From assembly GCA_028534125.1 (NCBI GenBank), contig CM052839.1, forward strand, positions 45,694,001-45,758,000: a DNA stretch of 64,000 nucleotides. Direction: 5' to 3'. The notes under the pieces were generated by a model. The model made no database searches. It saw nothing but the letters and a program-made list of their open reading frames with translations, and was not told the origin of the DNA. The first letter of the stretch is position 1; each line of letters begins with the position of its first letter. The stretch comes from Lama glama. Its lineage: Eukaryota. The position numbers and the translations under genes are program-made. Positions 30,086-48,586 of the stretch are shown one piece after another.

Positions 30086-30704
30086 CAGTTGCAGGCCAGC
30101 CAATCAGGTACAAAATCGAGAACAGTCTGTGACAGCAGCGAGGCTGGCCCGGCTAGCAATGGGCGTGGCGTCTGGGCGCCAGGCTCTGGGGCAGAAGGGA
30201 CATGCCGCGGGGCAGGGGCCGCCCATATGGGAGGGGGCACGCTCTGCACTCCGAGGAGGACGGGAGGGGCCCCCTGGGGCTCCCCCAGAGGCTGAGTGGG
30301 CAGGAATGCCGTGAGGAGTGGGGGGGGGGCGGCTAGGGTCCGTAGGAGCTTCCAGGGGGCGGGACGGGGAAGCAGCTGTGGAGCCGGGCAGATGGAAGCT
30401 GGGCCTCCCTGGCACACAGGGTGGCACCCCTCTGGCCGAAGGTGCCCCTGCTCATCCTGCCTACCGGGCTGCTCCTGTGCCAGACACCCTCTCTGGCCGC
30501 TTAGCAGGAAGGGCACGAGGGCCTACAGGGAGACAGGCCCTGTGCAGGCAGGCCGGGAGGCAGCATCCTCCACATCAGCCCTTCCAAGGCCGAGTGGTCG
30601 GAGGAGAGGGCATCGCAGCTTTGTTAAAAACTGAACCACGCTCTCGAGATGCGGCTGGGCGAGGGCCGGTGCTCGGGGGGCCCCTGGTGACCTCCTGCTT
30701 CCTG

Positions 30705-36808
<6,104 letters not shown>

Positions 36809-36809
36809 G

Positions 36810-37200
36810 GCCCCGTAGCGGCGGCGCTGCCCGACAGGATCCCGACTCCCCGCCGCCGCCACCGCCGCCCGCCCGCGCACGCAAGCGCCGTCACGCGGGC
36901 CTCACCCGCCGCGCGCGGCCAATGGCGAGCGCCGCCCCGCCCTGCGCGCGGAACCACGCCCCCTCACCCCCAACCTCGAGACCAATGGCAAGCCCCTCTG
37001 GGGCCGGGCCCCGCCTCCCCGCCCCCAACCAATGGAGCGCACCGCCCTACCCCTGGAGACCCCGCCCCTCGGCGCGCGGCCAATGGCGGGCGCGCACCAT
37101 TGCTCCGCTCCCACCTGGGGAAGGGGCGGGACAGGACCACGTGTCGCGCGCCGGCCCCTCCAGGAATCTCGCTGGGCTTCCGCAAGGCAGTCACTCGGTG
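36810..37200 (-). promoter_or_regulatory. PCYT2 CpG promoter with four CCAAT (NF-Y) boxes
   Basis: CCAATGG at 36919, 36982, 37029 and 37080; GC boxes; E-box CACGTG 37138-37143. Confidence 0.8.
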
Positions 37201-37225
37201 ACGCAGGGAAGACAGTGCAGAGATG

Positions 37226-37231
37226 TTTAAT
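37226..37231 (-). terminator. SIRT7 polyadenylation signal ATTAAA
   Basis: tttaat on + strand in an AT-rich patch ~460 nt past the stop codon, at the edge of the PCYT2 CpG island. Confidence 0.65.
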
Positions 37232-37686
37232 AACAATAAAAACGTCTGCTTGAGAGCCAAGGCTCAAAACCACTCCTTTGCAGCATATTCAATACGGAAA
37301 AAGGCTTCTATAAAGTTAAGAAGTAGTAGAAATAGGGTTGAGGCCCCTGAGACTAGCCTGGTGAACGAGGTAAGGCAGCGTGCGCTTCCCCTTGGCCAAC
37401 CAGGTGTGAAATAACCCGAGTTCTGTTCTCACTGAGAGCATGGCTGCCACCTCTTCATGAAGAGGCTGCACGGGTGAGGTGTCCTCCACCCTCAGGCCCA
37501 TGCGGGGGCAACCGCAGCAGTGCAAGGGGGCTTCCCACAAGGACAGACGGCTGGCTACACGTGTCAGGGTGAAAATGTCACCCCGAGAAATCTCAGGTGC
37601 AGTCCTAGCCTTCACCGTGCCACGTGCCCCTGAGTAAGTTCCGGCCATTTGCAAAGTGCCATCATTGTTCCCGGTCAAGCACCAGA

Positions 37687-40600
37687 TTACGTTGCTTTCT
37701 TCCTTTTTGTGCGCTTGGTGCAGCCCCTGCCAAACCAGCCGCCCAGGACAGGGGCGGAGCTCGGAGGGGTGCCCCGGTCACAGGCTCCAGGCTCCTCTCG
37801 GCTTCTGCACAGCAACTTGCGACTGTGGCTGCCTTCCTCACCTGCACGCAGGGGAGTTGCCAGGGAGAAGATGGGGTCCTGCCACCTACAGAAATGGAAG
37901 GCTGGGTCAGGTGTGCCTGGGAGCCCCTCACAACCACACCAGCCCCAGGACGGGAAAGCTGACTGAGGTCACCCTGCTTCCCTCCCACATCTTAACCATG
38001 GCCAGGCTTTGCTCAGTGGCACTTCCGGATCATCCACGAGGGGTAAGCTCCCTGAGTGACTCAAAGGCCAGCACCCAGACTAGCTCAGCCTCTGCAGAAC
38101 TCGGTGTCCTCGCTGGTGACTGAAGGGGCTGTGTCCACACAGGGTGGGGTGGCAGTAGCCCCAGGAGGGAGGAGTCACTAGCCAGCTCTGGGCCCCACCT
38201 TTCACTTGTACGGCCAGGGGCAAGTGGACCAGACCCTCTCCCCGTTCCCAGACTGCAAGACTTGATGGGAGGGAAGCTGACTAGGGAGGTGCGGCCTCGG
38301 CACTACGCCATGAAGAGGTCATGTGTCTGACTGAGATGTAGAACCACATATTATAAACTTAAGATACAGGTAAGCACTGATCAAAAAAAAAAATGAGCTA
38401 AGTTAATGTAAAATGAAAAAGAAAAAGGTACAGTACACAATAGGCCCACATTACAGAACACCACAAACATAACATACAAGAATTGCCAGGCCCAGAAGGT
38501 GAAGGGATCCTTAATTCTTGAACCCTTTGATTAAAAGAAGTTATTGATTTCCCCTATAAGACCCTGAAAATTCACAGAGAAAGAAAGTGTAAACTTTTTA
38601 CTCAATACACACACCACGTCTAAATTATCACACATTCTGCATTAAGGCACAGTTTAAGCTTCCCCAAAGTACACCAGCTCCCACACCAAGAGCACCAAGT
38701 CCTGCTTGAACTGAGTTGCCGAGAGCACGTCTCTTCAAGGCACCTTCCCACCCCAGCTGTCTGGGGTGAAGGGGGACATCCCGGCACACGCTGGCAGATT
38801 CCCTCTCCCAACAGGGAGACACACCAACTAGGGCACCTAGGCCAATACTGGGCCAGTCCCTGCTGAGGCCACCATGCTGCAGTCACGCCTCAGACGCCAT
38901 CTGCGACAACCCAGAGCTTTCTCGACGCTCAGCTCACAAAGGATGACAGACATGGCCCAAGCGCCTGGGGCGGGAGGGGTGCGCCCACGCCCTCACCTGC
39001 TGTAGTGGGGGATGTCCAGACCGAGCTCGTCCATGAGGAGCCGCATGACGTCATCACACTTTCCGTGCAGCTTCAGGGCAGCCCAGTCATCCTTCGGGGT
39101 CCACTGGGGACAGAAGGCGAGTGAGGACAGAACCTCACAGCCTCTGCTCAGCAGACCTCCGTGGCGCCTGAGTGTGGGACATAAACGTCCCAGGAACGTC
39201 AGGCTCTCCTGTTCTAAGGCCCAGGTCTAAGGAGGCAGCTCTGAGCACCCGAGTTACCTGCAAGTTCACGATGTAGAGCTTGGGCCGCCGGCTGGGGGGC
39301 TTGGTCATGCACCAGAGGTGGGGATACTTCTTTAGAACCTGGGGAATGGATAGACAGACAGACCACACAGACACCAGGGAACAAGGCTATAGGAAGCTGG
39401 TGTCTAAGGCTGAGCTGGCCAGCTGTGGGCAGGCTCACCCCATCCCACATGTACCTTTAAGCTGGAGCCTAAACACAGGATTGTGTCTGCTTTGCTGGCA
39501 GCCTGGGTGGCTGCCTCCCAGTTCAGAGGCTGCCCCAGCGTCCCCCTCTCCCCAAAGTGCACGATGGTGTCACGGAGCTGGGCCCCGCACTTGTGGCAGG
39601 TTCGGCCTGTCTGGTGGCGGTGCAAGGCGGTGCGCTCCGTCACATCAAACACCCGCACGTACTCCCTGTTGGGTGTGCAGGCCGTGCAGACCTGAGGAGA
39701 GGAGGGCGGGTGAGCGGGAGCCGCTGGCCTGCCCGGGTCCCTGAGCCCCCGCGGGACCGCTCACTTCAATGTACATGTTCCCGTGGAGCTCCGACATTGC
39801 CGAGCGCGGCAGCCCGCTCCGCAGGTGGAGCCCGTCGCAGTTCTGTGACACCACGTGCTGCACCTGGAAGGGAAGTGGGGCGGGAGGAAGTCAGCAGGAG
39901 TTGGGGGGAAAGCAGCACTGTGGAGGGAAGCCACACTGGGCTCAGCCAGACCCACCACCCCCACACCTGGGGCAACTCCAACCCTGTGCAAACCATTGAA
40001 GGCAAACCCAGAGCAGAAGGCTGGCCCAGCAGGACTCAGGAGGTGCCAACAACTCAGACACCTGGAGCCCTGGGAGGGCAAGTGTCTGCATGGCCACCCC
40101 TCGGCTGGGAAGGGGTTTATGTTTCAGGTCCTTAAAGGCCCAGGAGGATCGACCCCTTCCCCACAGGAGGTGCTTAGCAGAGGGTCTCCAGAGGTTTCCT
40201 CCTTGCCTCCCCTGTACCTAGGGGGCTCCTGAGGTCTGTGGGAACAATGTGGATAGGGTGGGGGGGCCCTATCCGTGATGATGCTGCAGAGAGGCTGCCA
40301 CTTCTCTTGGAGAGGAAGCATGGGAGGATGAGGAGGAGGCTCAAACCAGGAGTCTAAACTACTCTGGGTATTCATCACAGGCTCCACTGGCCGACAGAGG
40401 TAGGATGCAGGGGTCACCTGGGCACCAAGGGGGCGCCATGAGTCGGCACCATGGACCCACTGAGTACAACTGGACCTTGGTATCTGGAGGTTCCACACCC
40501 TTGGATTCAACCAACAAAGAATCAAAAATATTCTGGGGGGAAAATCCAGAGAGTTCCAAAAAGCAAAACTGATTTGCCACACGCTGGCAGCCATCTGCAC

Positions 40601-43268
40601 AGCCTTTACGTTGTACGGACAGCGGTTTATGCAGCATTTACACTGTGTTCATTAGGTATCAAGAGTGACCTAGAAATGATTTAAAGAATGTGAGCAGGTT
40701 ATATGCAAACACTATGCCATCTCAGACAAGAGCCTGGAGCATCCTCAGATTCTGGTACCCAAGACGATACAGAAAGGGAACTGACAGCAGCTAGCCACCC
40801 TGCGCTCTTACCAGCTTCTGCTCATGTAGGCGGGCGATGCTCATGTGGGTGAGAGTTGGCTCAGCCTCACTGAGGTCGCCAGCACTGCCGGGTGGAAAGG
40901 AAGCCAAGGTGAGGGGAGCCGGAGGTCAGGTCTGTGCCGCTCCTGCTCAGCTAGATGGGGAGGCTGGGCCAGGCTGCTTACCTAACACTTCTTCCTTTCT
41001 GAAGCAGTGTCCATACGCCATTAGGGCCCCGGTAATCTGGGATGGAGGCTGCCTGCGTGATCAGAGAGAGAAGCGCAGTGAAAAGGCATCACAGTAGGTA
41101 CTGGCAGAATTCCCAAGACTTTCTCCCAGCACGTTCAAGCCTGGCCCACAGACCGGCCTCAATTCAACCCACATGGAGTGTACCCCTGGGGCTCCTTCTC
41201 TCTGCCCGGACCCCGCCCGCCGTGGGAGCCTTTCTAGAATGGAGTTCAACCTGGGCTCTGTGGCCACATCTGTCCTCTACACTGAGGGGGAGGACTTGTC
41301 GGGCTCATCTGTGTGTCCCCAGGGCCCAGCCGGCGCTCAGGGGCTAGCAAACAGTGAGCCCACAGGCACTCCTCCCTCCAAGTTTTTACATCCTGATGCT
41401 GTGAGTGGCTCCTGTCCTCGTAAAGATAGGCCATCCTTTTCAGATGAGTAAACATTACTGAATTTCCCAAGTACCCAATCCAGGGAAACCAAGCCACCCC
41501 GAGAGAAGAAAACAAAAAGGTGCCAGGATCAAGTTGTCTTGTGTTCCCGAAGTTGTGCACAACCTCCCTTCTGGGGAGCTCTCACCTGCTGCTTAAACTC
41601 AGAAAAATGCCCACCCTGAACAGTGGTTCTGACTCACATCGAAAAGGGGAACCTCAAACAGTAACACTCAGAGCAAAGTAACGAGCAGCATGTGGTTTTA
41701 ATAACCACTTACAGTTCTTTGAAAGGCATTATTACTGCTTTTATACAATTTCATGATGGGAATGCACATGTGCCTGTAAGTTAAAGCAATAAACATACCT
41801 TACACGTTCTTGCTACTGGGCCTCTTCAGTCATCCCTATTTCGAGTGTCTTACTTCGTAAGTGCCTGTAAAACCTTACTCGTCCTTCAAGGCCCAGATTC
41901 AGTGCTACATCCCACAAAAACACCAGCCAGATGGGTTTCCCAGCTCTGTGAGACCACAGAGTGTATTTGTGTTTCTATTCTAATGACCTACCACTGCCAA
42001 CTTCCCAGTACAGCTGTTTGCTTACATGGCTTCTTACCGTCGCCTACAGGCTTCTCTTGGGACGGAAATCCTCACTCTCTGCCTCTGCTGGGCCTGCACG
42101 TAGGTCACACTCAACTCACACCCAGCCATCAGGCAAACAACGTGCTATCCAGGCCATCAAAGCCATGTCATCGTCCACGGCCCAGGTAGCTTCTCCATAA
42201 AGCTTCTCCAACCGAAATCATGCCTGCTCCTTACCTGGTGCCCTCCAGTTCATACTGCCTTGTTTTCTACTTCCCTTTCCTCAATATTCAGAACACTCAA
42301 TGAATGGAGAATCAGAGTTTGGGGCTTAGCTCTGCCCACACAGCCTTGAGACACTGAATTAACCTCCTTAACTTTATTTATTTTTTTTTAAATTGAGTTA
42401 TAGTCGGTTTACAACGTTGTGTCCTTAACTTTAAATCAGGAGGAGACTGTAAGCACTAAACTATTGCCTTCCGTTTTCATCCCTCTTCCTTTCCCTGGGC
42501 CTCTAAGTGGGTATTACAGAGTTAGAGCGCTTAAGAACGTTTATTTACTCAGTGAAGTCCTAAATTGAGTCACACCGAGTTTCTGTATGAAAAGAAAGAA
42601 CCTCCGAGGTACTTTTAAGGTGAGTTCTTTGCGCATTTTAGTGTTGCTCAACAGAGTACCGTGCTCGGTCCTAGACAGCCAGGAGGGGGCGCCCCCGCCA
42701 GCCCGCGTCCCGGCAGTCCCGGATTCCCCGGGACCTGGGATCCGACCTGGGGTGCGGCGATCCCCGCCTCGCCTCCCTACCGTGCTGATCCCCGCACCCG
42801 TGTAGACGACCAGGTACTTGGCGTTGCGGACGGCGCCGGCCAGCTCCCGGACTTTCCTACGCAGCTCCTCTGGGTCGTCGCACACCTGCCGAGACGCCGA
42901 GGACGGCCGTCAGCCGCCCCCGCCCCGCGCCGCCGCGCCCCTGCCCGCCCGCGCCCGGACTCGCCTCCTCTTGCCGCCGCTTCAGGCCCTCGCGCCGCCT
43001 GCTCCGGCCCTGCAGCTCGGTCACCAGGTCCTCGCTCTCAGCCAGGAGCCGGCCCTCCTCGGCGCTGCGCTCGGCCACCGCCTTCCTCAGGATGCGCGAC
43101 ACCTGCGGGCGCGGGGCGGGCGGTGAGGGCGGCGCGGGCCGGGGACGCGGCGCGGGGCGGGCGGCGGCGGCGTACCTGGCGGAGGCGCTCCCGCTGCTGC
43201 TCCTCCCGCAACCTCCGGACCCGCTCCGCAGCCTTACGCTCCGACCGGCTCAGACCCCCGGCGGCCAT
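37687..43268 (-). CDS. SIRT7: NAD-dependent protein deacetylase sirtuin-7, 400 aa, 10 exons
   Basis: Exons 43268-43176, 43102-42965, 42885-42781, 41052-40982, 40884-40812, 39863-39765, 39691-39455, 39338-39258, 39103-38997, 37885-37687; total 1203 nt. Motifs [26 protein letters not shown], CxxC...CxxC, GSSL. Confidence 0.97.
40467..40782. mobile_element. MER2 (TcMar-Tigger) DNA transposon remnant
   Basis: TGGATTCAACCAAC...AGCATTTACACTG...TTAGGTATCAAGAGTGACCTAGAAATGATTTAAAG...AGGTTATATGCAAACACTATGCCAT...GAGCATCCTCAGATTCTGGTA resembles MER2 (recalled). Confidence 0.75.
42377..42421 (-). mobile_element. Severely 5'-truncated L1-type insertion with a perfect 12-bp TSD
   Basis: T-tail plus AATTGAGTTATAGTCGGTTTACAACGTTGTG flanked by TCCTTAACTTTA at 42365-42376 and 42422-42433. 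Confidence 0.8.
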
Positions 43269-43400
43269 GGCTCCCGGGGAGACCCGCGCTTCCGCTTCCG
43301 CCTCCCGGCAGGCGGCGCGCCGACGCATGCGCGCAAGGCCCCGCCCCGCCCCGCCCGCGCGCCGCCCCAAGGAAGCACCTGCCAGTCTCTTTAAAAGGTT

Positions 43401-43406
43401 TTTATT
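43401..43406 (-). terminator. MAFG distal polyadenylation signal AATAAA
   Basis: tttatt in an AU-rich block ending the ~4.2-kb 3' UTR, immediately upstream of the SIRT7 start. Confidence 0.75.
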
Positions 43407-46400
43407 GATCATATACAAAATAAAGAAAACCTTATATATCACAAACATACACTATGTACAGCAATAAATACCCGGGGCCCGGTCCAGTGCCGCCCCTCCT
43501 GGACAATAATTTAGCAATAAATACTGCACAGGGCAGGGAGGGCGCGAGGCCACCGCCACCCCAGGTCAGCCCAGGTGCCCCAGCTGAGGCCCCTCCCCAC
43601 CTGGACCTTCAACAACCCCACCTGCCCTGGCAGATCGCAGGTACCCCGCCACCTCCTGTCTTCAGTCCTAGGCAGGGCAGGAAGGGTCTGATCAACTCCG
43701 CTTGGCCCACCCTCTCAGTGCTGGGAGGGCAGCAGGACGGGACACTGCACAGCCTTTGTCCTGCCGCCCTCAGATGCCAGGAGAAGGCTTTCTGTACCCA
43801 CTCCTGTTTGGTTAAAGGCTTCAGGGACTAGCGGACTGAGGGGATGGGGAGAAGGGTGGGGCTGGGACATGAGGTTATTGGAGGGGTCCCCCTTAACAGG
43901 TCATCGGGAACCTGCTCTCCGACACTCCAGCTCAGACTCAAGGGACACCCACGTACCAAGGCTGCTGCTCCAGGGTGGGGAAGGAATGGGTGCAACTGGC
44001 CCAACAAGTACAGCACACTCTCAGGACACACAGGCCAGAGCAGGACAGGCCATTAGTCTCAAGGGCACACCCCTGCCTCTGGGTGTCCTCCGCTCTTCCC
44101 ATCTGCTCCAAAACCAGACAGCCAACAGGAAGGTGAAAACGCGCCAGAAAGAATTATTCAGTGGCTTCTGGGGGAAAAAATCGTTAATGTGTTGGTTCCT
44201 TTCACCAAACCACAGCCTAAAAAAGTAACTTACAAGATCCTACAGCGGAAACTGTGCTGCAGGCTGAGGCTTCCCAGCTGTGGACTGGAACTGTGGCCAA
44301 CCGGCCACTCCGCCACCCCAGAGAGGGAGGCAGGTGAAATGGGATGGAGCTTGTCCCAAAGCAGGCTGCAGCTGATCAGAGCCCTGGGCCCAGGCACTGA
44401 CCATCGAGGCTGCGGCTGACAGCCAGGGTTGTGCACAGACCTAAAGCATGGACCAGGAGGTCTAGCACTCAGCAGAAGCCAACACCCCACACAGCAGCCG
44501 TAGCATCTCACCTGCACAAACAGCGCCACCCAGAGCAGGGGCCAGGGGCCACGGAGAGGGCTCCCTGGAGCCACACTCTGGGCAGGGGCTGACCTGTTCC
44601 CAAAGGGTTCTGCTCTGAAATCTGTGTCCACGTCCAGATAAGGGTGGAGTCAGGCAAGGGCAAGGTGTGTAGAACGGTGAGCGTTATACTTAGCGAACAA
44701 GTTTGCAAGACTTGGCCTCAGCCAAAGCCCTCAGTTCGCCGTGTCAGAAAAGTTGAGAGAGAACACAACACGTTCACACTGGGAAAAATGAATCAACGAG
44801 AATCAGAAAGACACCAACCATTCACATGTGGACACAGGATCAAGGTCAAGAACCAAGGTAAAGGGGAGAGGGGGCTGAGCGGCCCTGCGAGGCTGGTTGA
44901 TGGGAGCAGGATGCTCCCCAGACCCAAGGAATAAATGCTCCAAATGCAAAAACCTCCAAAGGAAACACAGCCTAACTCCAGAAGCATCTGTAAACCAAAC
45001 CAAGGACCTGCAGTTTCTGTTCAGCACATGCCCACCCTCCTCTCTCCAGGTCTACAGCCTGGCAGGGGTGCACAGAGATGAACCACCTCCTCTCAGCCAG
45101 GAAAAAAGTGGGGAGCATACTCAGACATGGGGAGCCCGTCCCTCCCCAGTCCAGGACAGGCCATGACCTCTTTACGGATTCCTAGGATGGGATTCCAACT
45201 CGCTGCGACAACCAACATCAACCACTCTCATCCAGGCCCCGGGAGACAAAGCCAGACTGCAGGAGGCGAAGGAAGCCACTCAGTGATTCAGAGTCCACTG
45301 TCAAAATCTCCACTGGACGTCACCAGGGTACAGCCAGGAGTCTCTGAGCATCTAGTGCCAAGAGCAGCCCATCAAGGCGACAGCAGCTGACAGCGTGTCC
45401 CTCCTCCTACCCCTGACCTGGGTACACTGGGTCAGACTCTGGGGTGAAGATCTTGCTGCCCACAATGTCAAACCTCACCAGGCCACATGGTTCTTCTCTT
45501 CATCAGCCCACTTCTGTACTTTTTCAGGGGTTCAGGGTCCCCAATTAGTGATCCCAAGGAGTGGCCAAGGCCCACGTGGCCAGAGTCAGGGGAGTCGCCT
45601 CTTCATGTGCCTACAAGCAGCTGCCCAAGCCAAGTCTGGAAGACTGGTTGCCTCCCCTAAGCGGCCAGGAGGGGGAGTTGACTCAGCCCCGGAGAAGCAC
45701 CTCCGCCAGCCAGGCGGTGGGCCCCTGGAAGACACAGACCCCACAGGGAGGTGGAAGGAGGCCCAAAGCTGAGAGCTGCCAGCATGTTTGGGGGAGACGA
45801 GGGACAGGGCCTGTCCCTGGAGACCGTAGCCCTTGTCTGGCACTGGCGGAGACCCCCAGGTCCCCAGGCAAGGAGAAGGGGCTGCCCAGGTAGGCCCCGA
45901 AACCACCTGGTTCTGCCTGGGAAGCACTGCCCTGCAGCATGGAAATAGTTCTGGGACGAGTGGGCAGTGGGCTCCTGGGGTTCCCCTGCCGAAGCCCACG
46001 TGAGACCCACAGGGACAAACCCTGGGTCGGTGGCTGGAGCCTGAACTCGTTGACTGGAGGCCAGGAGGAAGACAGCCGGGGGCAGCTTGGCTCTGGCCCT
46101 GTGGGTACAAACAGGGACTCCTGGGTCCTTGCAAAACTCCCACCAGGACCAGAGGTGGTGGGCAAGGAAGTAGTGCCGGGGGTCCCGGGGATGGCCCCCA
46201 TTTCACAAACCCTGCTGCTGGATCAGCCTGAGCCTGAGACCCACATGCAAGGCCAAGGGTCAGCAGGTGGAGGTGGGGGTGCCCCACATCTGACCCCTGG
46301 GGCAGAAGAAGCCAGGCTGGCAAGCCCAGACCCCCAAGCTCTGTTGGATTGAGCGCGGCCTGGCCCCCCAGCCTGGGCCTGACAAGCCGGCAGAATCAAA

Positions 46401-46425
46401 ACCACAACCAGATGCGGAACACAAA

Positions 46426-46572
46426 NNNNNNNNNNNNNNNNNNNNNNNNNNNNNNNNNNNNNNNNNNNNNNNNNNNNNNNNNNNNNNNNNNNNNNNNNNN
46501 NNNNNNNNNNNNNNNNNNNNNNNNNNNNNNNNNNNNNNNNNNNNNNNNNNNNNNNNNNNNNNNNNNNNNNNN
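46426..46572. other. N-run (147 nt) in the MAFG 3' UTR
   Basis: Run of N. Confidence 0.99.
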
Positions 46573-47621
46573 ACTTTCGGTACAACTGCAAAAGAGATAG
46601 CAGAGAGGACGCGCCTTGGTCGCTCGCGGCTCGGCTTTTTTTTTTGTCTTTTTTTTTAAACTAAGTTTTATAAATAACATCTGATAACTCTGTGTATATA
46701 AAAACTAAACTCCAACAGCCACAAAGACTTGTCTGCAAGTTTACAAGAAAAGGATTTTTTCTTTTTTTAAACTAGCAAAATTTCTATTATACTTTCTTCC
46801 CTTTTCTGTTTTTGTGGTCAAATGTTGTTGCTTTTTTTCTTTTTTTAAAAAGACAGTTTTATAAATACTCTGCAGCTTTTTTTTCCTTTAACTTTTAAAC
46901 ATATAATTTAATAACTTCGTAAAAGGAACTTCTCTCTTTTAAATAAAGGGCTATGTAACCACACAAATAGGTCATGTAAACAGTGACACGGGACCCATCG
47001 CAGGACACTGGACACACCCTTCACTACGCTCACAACCAGTGATTTGGTCTTATTCAGTGCGACGCGTCAGGCACGAGCGCCAAGGCCCCTGGCTCACAGC
47101 CACACGACGCCCCACCGCCCCAGCGCCAGACAGGTGGCCTGCCCATCCAGGGCCCTCGGGGACACCCTACTCTTTTGAGCAGTGCCCACCTCTGCCCGCC
47201 AGCCGAGCTGAGGGTGAAGCACCCGGCCTCTGGCTAGCCTGGGGGCCTCTCTTGCCCTGAAGCCCTCCCCGCTCAGGGACACACATGTCCCAGAGCACCT
47301 GCTCAACTCTTCCCTCCATGCCTTCCCACAGGGCCAATTCTGGATGCCAAGCCCACCTGCCCTTGGTACCAAGGAGGCTGGGGCGACCGCACGTCACCAC
47401 CGAACCGACCAATCCCAACGTACAAAACACACGATGACAACGACGAGGTCAAGGGGCTCAGCCCGGCGCCCCTGGGGTACAGGTTGTGCTTTGCAGGGGA
47501 GGGAGGAGGGAGGAGGAGGGGAGCGAAGAGGAGGACAGGAAGGGGGAGGAAGGGGACAGGGCTGCCGATTCACCACGTGCCAAGTGGCCCCTTGCAAACC
47601 CGCCTGGGCCAGCGCGCGTCC

Positions 47622-48207
47622 CTACGACCGGGCGTCCGTCTTGGACTTGACTATCGTGATGACGCTGGTGGCGGCCACCTTGCCGGGGACGAGGGGCCCC
47701 AAGCCGGCAGCCAGGGGGCCTCGAGCTGGCGCCACGGGGCTTCGGGCCACGGTCCTGGCGAAGTTCTGCAGGGCCTCGTACTTGGAGCGCAGGGCGTCGA
47801 GCTCCAGCTTCATGCTGGCGTTTTCCGAGGCCAGCTTCTCCACCTCCTGCTGCAGCTCCGCCTTCTGCTTTTCCAGCNNNNNNNNNNNNNNNNNNNNNNN
47901 NNNNNNNNNNNNNNNNNNNNNNNNNNNNNNNNNNNNNNNNNNNNNNNNNNNNNNNNNNNNNNNNNNNNNNNNNNNNNNNNNNNNNNNNNNNNNNNNNNNN
48001 NNNNNNNNNNNNNNNNNNNNNNNNNNNNNNNNNNNNNNNNNNNNNNNNNNNNNNNNNNNNNNNNNCCGCTTCACCTGCGGAGAGCACAGGGCACGAGGTC
48101 ACGGGCCAAGTAGGGGCCACCCGCCCAGATGCCGCCCCAGCCCCAAGACAGTGCCCACCCTGTCTGCTCACCTTCAAGGCCTTGTTTCCTTTATTGGGGG
48201 TCGTCAT
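47622..48207 (-). CDS. MAFG: Small Maf bZIP transcription factor MafG, 162 aa, 2 coding exons (basic region hidden by N-run 47878-48065)
   Basis: Exons 48207-48172 ([12 protein letters not shown]) and 48074-47622 (VKR...[36 protein letters not shown]...[13 protein letters not shown]); exon 2 acceptor at 48234; exon 1 donor at 52072/52071. Confidence 0.96.
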
Positions 48208-48573
48208 AACCTGGGGGCACAGCAAACAGGCACTCTGCGAGATAGGGAGCAGAGGTCAGGACCCTGGAGGCTGCCCCCTGCCCTGCCCCAGTCCACACAC
48301 AGCCCTTGAGCCCTCTCACACCCCCAGATACCTGGCCTCAGGCCTCTCCCGAGCTGGGCTGCTCCCTGTCCACCCTGCCCCTAGGGAACCAGGTGGGAGG
48401 CCAGGAGGGTCTGATGGGGGAAGGGGAACTGGACGACTGTTAAGGAGGCAGAAGCAAGAAGAGGGGCCAGGAGAGAGATTAGAAGGATGCGGGAGGGGCC
48501 AGCCTAGAAGGAAGCCGGGAGCTTTAAAAATAACCCCAGTGCGCCCCAGAGCTTGGCTGTTCCTGGCGAGTCA

Positions 48574-48586
48574 TGCTGACTCAGCA
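48574..48586. promoter_or_regulatory. Perfect T-MARE / ARE TGCTGACTCAGCA in MAFG intron 1
   Basis: Exact palindromic Maf recognition element with an adjacent GAGTCA half-site. Confidence 0.85.
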
